DNA from: Bacteroidales bacterium
Lineage (GTDB): Bacteria > Bacteroidota > Bacteroidia > Bacteroidales > UBA12077
Direction of reading: 5' to 3'
Length of the DNA stretch: 64,000 nt
NCBI GenBank assembly: GCA_028282585.1
Contig: JANQHR010000144.1
Span: forward strand, 44,445 to 108,444
In this document: in pieces, positions 60,654 to 64,000 of the stretch
How positions within the stretch are numbered: the stretch's first letter is position 1
How the letters are laid out: each line of letters opens with the position of its first letter
Made by a program: the position numbers and the translations under genes
The notes under the pieces: generated by a model
What the model was told of the DNA's origin: nothing
What the model saw: the letters and a program-made list of their open reading frames with translations, nothing else
The model's database searches: none

Positions 60654-62492
60654 TTAAAATCTATCGTTTATCTCTTTAATGCATCTTACATAATAGAAAT
60701 CTTTCTTTTTAGCTTTTTCACTTAACTCTACATTCCCCTTTGAATCAATCTTATAATAACCAGATTTTTCTCCATTTGTAAACAAATATTTTGCTGTATA
60801 AACATCTCTTTCGCTCTCTTCATCAAAGATCATTTCTCCACCAAGCAACAAATCAAAACCTGTACCTCCAAACGGATATAGAATTTTTAAATTGTTTGCA
60901 GCTTTATTGATTAAAAGATATTTCCATTCCTCAAATGTTGGAACACGCCATCCATAAGGACATCCGGAGTTTATAACCTCTAAGTTGTACATATGGCCAA
61001 ATAACTTACAATCGGTTTTAATATTGTTTCTACACATACTATTATCACCCATATCAAAGCTTAGATTATTTGTCATCCAAATTTTACTATCTATCTCAAC
61101 GAATCCATATTCTTTATTATCCCTTTTGTCAACAAAGGTTCCCGATTTAATATCATCTTTCTTTTTGATAAAATCTTTATTATCTAATACACAACGAACC
61201 TTAGCTTTTTCATTGGTTTGTTTTTTTACCCATCCGGCCTCACCTTTATCATTTGTTGGAAAATCCATCGTTTTTTTACTATCCTCTTTATCTTTTTCAT
61301 TTATCCAATAGGTATTATATGTATAATGATGTGTATTTAACCAGTAATCACTGCTATTAAGGTTAAAGCTCCAAATTCCTGAGCCACTTAATCTTTCACT
61401 TAAAACAGCTTTATGATTTTCAAGTTTTACAGATGGTTTGAACTCATCAAATAATTTTTCCCATTCTTCTTTTTCAGGAATTCTCCATCCGGCAGGACAA
61501 CGATCTTCAAGTTCTTTATACATATAACTTCCTTTTAAATCTTTTCTTAACCAAATTGCTTCGCCAATGTATTGCCAATCCATTACTTCTCCCGTAAAAG
61601 GATGATTTGTAACGCCTCCAACAGGCTTTAAATTGATCGTAGCTTCAACACTTGCTTCTATTTTGGCTAAATAAATAGAACTTTGTACACAACGAACGTT
61701 AAGTTCCTCCTTTTTATCCCTTAATTCTTTACTTATTTTGTTTTCGCCTAATCGTATTATTCTTGCAAAATACTTTTGAGAATACCCGGTATACAGCATT
61801 TTATTTTCTGTACTTGTCCAAAAAGCTAAAGCCTTTTGATTTGGATAAAGCGAAACATTATAATTACACTCCGTAATATCAAATCCGGAACTACTTAACC
61901 GATTTAAATCAATTTCCCGTAACCCATGCTCTATAACTTTATCTGGATTAACTCCGAAATTGACTTCTAACTCCATCCATTCATCATCGGTTGGTAAGTG
62001 CCATCCATCAGGACAAGCATTTTTGGCGTTTGAATTACTATAGTATTCTCCGCAATTATCATCCTCTTTATTGGCTTTAAGGTTAGTTGTCATCCATTTT
62101 GTTTTACCAACCCTTAACCAATCATACCTGTTATCATTATTATCTTTTAGGTTACCACTTTCTTTTTGATCTATAGTATAATATTCAGCTTGAACTTTAA
62201 ACTGCATTTTTTCTTGTAATCCATCAAGGTGATCAACCCATAATACAAGTTTCTTTGCTTTTCCAGCTATAATGCTATCACCAACATCTCCATACACTTT
62301 ATCAAGCTTTTTCCAATCGCTATTATTGTTTGAGTAAAAAACACTTACAGTAAAGATGTCCTTCGTTGATCCGTTTAAATCGTACTGAATTGATAATTCA
62401 CCGGCTTTTTGTTCTGTTTTTAAGTTTTGTATTTTTTGAGCATTTACATAAAGCATCGAAATACAAAGTAATAATGTGATTAACAGTTTCAT
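60654..62492 (-). CDS. Secreted protein with three FISUMP (Fib_succ_major)-like domains
   Basis: Three CP.GW(H/R).P..EW ... VRC units, WM..NL motifs, signal peptide and an N-terminal beta-rich domain. Confidence 0.85.
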   Translation of the reverse strand: MKLLITLLLCISMLYVNAQKIQNLKTEQKAGELSIQYDLNGSTKDIFTVSVFYSNNNSDWKKLDKVYGDVGDSIIAGKAKKLVLWVDHLDGLQEKMQFKVQAEYYTIDQKESGNLKDNNDNRYDWLRVGKTKWMTTNLKANKEDDNCGEYYSNSNAKNACPDGWHLPTDDEWMELEVNFGVNPDKVIEHGLREIDLNRLSSSGFDITECNYNVSLYPNQKALAFWTSTENKMLYTGYSQKYFARIIRLGENKISKELRDKKEELNVRCVQSSIYLAKIEASVEATINLKPVGGVTNHPFTGEVMDWQYIGEAIWLRKDLKGSYMYKELEDRCPAGWRIPEKEEWEKLFDEFKPSVKLENHKAVLSERLSGSGIWSFNLNSSDYWLNTHHYTYNTYWINEKDKEDSKKTMDFPTNDKGEAGWVKKQTNEKAKVRCVLDNKDFIKKKDDIKSGTFVDKRDNKEYGFVEIDSKIWMTNNLSFDMGDNSMCRNNIKTDCKLFGHMYNLEVINSGCPYGWRVPTFEEWKYLLINKAANNLKILYPFGGTGFDLLLGGEMIFDEESERDVYTAKYLFTNGEKSGYYKIDSKGNVELSEKAKKKDFYYVRCIKEINDRF

Positions 62493-62598
62493 ATTATATC
62501 TTTTTAATTTATTAAAATAGGAGTATAAAGATATTATTTCAGCGTAAAAGATGCAATTAGGAAGGTTATTAATACTTTAAATTGTAAATCAAATATAG

Positions 62599-62606
62599 TA
62601 CCTTTG
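62599..62606 (+). promoter_or_regulatory. -7 promoter box
   Basis: TACCTTTG matches TAnnTTTG, about 135 nt before the saccharopine dehydrogenase start. Confidence 0.5.
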
Positions 62607-62742
62607 ATACTTATGACAATGCAAAGAGAGTATATCATTAAATTCCTGAATAGATTTAACGGATTGTAATAAATAACTATTTATCAGAAATCTACACAAC
62701 CTTAAATTAAATCAATTATAATTTTCCAAATTAATTAAAAAA

Positions 62743-63876
62743 ATGAAAAAAATAATCATACTAGGTGCTGGCATGGTTGGTAAAGCTATGGCCATTGACT
62801 TATCTAAAGAGTATAAAGTAAAATCGGTTGATATTGATCAGGAATCATTAAGTTATCTTTCAAATAACTATGGTATTGAAACAGAAGCTTTGGATGTAAC
62901 TAATGAGGAGCTATTGTTTGAAGCAATTAACGATTTTGATCTGGTTATTTCCGCAGTTCCTGGATTTCTGGGGTTACAAACAATTAAAAATGTAATTAGG
63001 AATAAAAAAGATTTGGTTGATATTTCTTTCCTACCGGAAGGTGTTTTACATCTGGATGATATGGCAAAAGAATATGGAGTAACAGTTATTATGGATTGTG
63101 GTGTTGCTCCGGGAATGCCAAATATTGTGGCCGGATATCATAATGAAATTATGAAAATCGAAAATTTCGAATATATGGTGGGTGGATTACCAAAGATTAG
63201 AAGTTTTCCATTTGAGTATAAGGCACCGTTTTCACCATGTGACGTAATTGAAGAATATACGCGCCCTGCACGTTACGTGGAAAATGGTAAAGAAATTGTA
63301 AAACCAGCAATGAGCGATACAGAATTAATAGAATTTAAGGAAGTAGGGACGCTTGAGGCATTCAATTCCGATGGTTTAAGATCATTGATATATACCTTAA
63401 ATGATATACCTAATATGAAAGAGAAAACTTTGCGCTATCCAGGACATATAAAAATGATCCAGGCATTAAAAGCTGCAGGCTTTCTTGATTATGAACCGAT
63501 GAAATTAAAAGGACAGGAGTTTATTCCTTTTGAAATCACTTCGGAGATTTTATTTAAAGCATGGAAATTAAATCCTGAGGATCATGAATTTACAATCATG
63601 CGTATTGTTCTAATAGGAGAAGAGAATGGAACTAAAAAAGAGATTATTTATGATCTTTATGATAAATATGATCCAATCGAAAAGATTTCTTCAATGGCTA
63701 GAACTACAGGCTTTACAGCAACTGCAGCGGCTGATATGATTTTAAATAATGTATTTAATGAAAAGGGTATGTTTCCTCCAGAACTTGTGGGAAAAAACCC
63801 AGAGTGTTATAAATATATTTTAAAGTATTTAAAGGAACGAAATATAAACTATATTAGAACCGATAAGAATTTATAG
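62743..63876 (+). CDS. Saccharopine dehydrogenase / lysine 6-dehydrogenase family protein
   Basis: LGAGMVG, CGVAPG, VGGLP, EEYTRP, EKTLRYPGH, SMARTTG. Confidence 0.92.
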   Translation: MKKIIILGAGMVGKAMAIDLSKEYKVKSVDIDQESLSYLSNNYGIETEALDVTNEELLFEAINDFDLVISAVPGFLGLQTIKNVIRNKKDLVDISFLPEGVLHLDDMAKEYGVTVIMDCGVAPGMPNIVAGYHNEIMKIENFEYMVGGLPKIRSFPFEYKAPFSPCDVIEEYTRPARYVENGKEIVKPAMSDTELIEFKEVGTLEAFNSDGLRSLIYTLNDIPNMKEKTLRYPGHIKMIQALKAAGFLDYEPMKLKGQEFIPFEITSEILFKAWKLNPEDHEFTIMRIVLIGEENGTKKEIIYDLYDKYDPIEKISSMARTTGFTATAAADMILNNVFNEKGMFPPELVGKNPECYKYILKYLKERNINYIRTDKNL

Positions 63877-63897
63877 AAATGGGGGTGTCCAAAAAGT

Positions 63898-63994
63898 CTT
63901 GGTGTTCTTTGTGCCTGCTTTGTGAAACTTTGTGGTATAATTATAAAAGGCTGTTAAACAGAGAACCACAAAGAAAACATAAAGTTACTCAAAG
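63898..63994. repeat. Inverted microrepeat element (CTTTGTG / CACAAAG units), at window edge
   Basis: CTTGGTG, CTTTGTG x3 on the left; CAGAG, CACAAAG, CATAAAG, CTCAAAG on the right. CTTTGTGGT (63928-63936) and ACCACAAAG (63965-63973) pair perfectly. Confidence 0.75.
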
Positions 63995-64000
63995 TAAAAA

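Noticed and set aside
423-61311. Short antisense or overlapping ORFs in the track (e.g. 423-650, 3520-3738, 12427-12771, 17374-17805, 51048-51260, 59436-59732, 60985-61311)
   Set aside because: They shadow well-supported genes or regulatory DNA and have no recognisable motifs.
30746-62492. Diversity-generating retroelement (bAvd-like gene plus FISUMP target)
   Set aside because: No reverse transcriptase and no TR/VR pair differing at adenines was seen; the two genes are 30 kb apart.

Overview
AT-rich chromosomal window from an anaerobic member of Bacteroidota (Bacteroidales/Marinilabiliales-like), inferred from TAnnTTTG -7 promoter boxes, a bat operon and general lack of Shine-Dalgarno sites. 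Most genes are housekeeping or metabolic. They include a Na+-pumping methylmalonyl-CoA decarboxylase operon, citrate-lyase-type genes (citD-citE fusion, citF), a rubredoxin missed by the ORF track, two histidine kinases, several peptidases, a RelA/SpoT protein with a degenerate hydrolase domain, FprA, truA, the moxR-DUF58-batA-E operon, an aldehyde:ferredoxin oxidoreductase with a broken ferredoxin partner, ettA, a class III cyclase and a NUMOD4-HNH gene. There is one complete IS4-like element (18-bp TIRs, 8-bp TSD). The most unusual signals are non-coding. (i) Four intergenic elements have inverted arms built from 7-11-nt microrepeats; one encloses a nonsense-interrupted four-helix-bundle gene and three have no gene between the arms. 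(ii) A 3x29-bp palindromic array plus terminator lies before the cyclase. (iii) Two mutually exclusive hairpins cover the transposase ribosome-binding site. No rRNA, tRNA, CRISPR array or reverse transcriptase was seen. All family calls come from motif recognition, not database searches.
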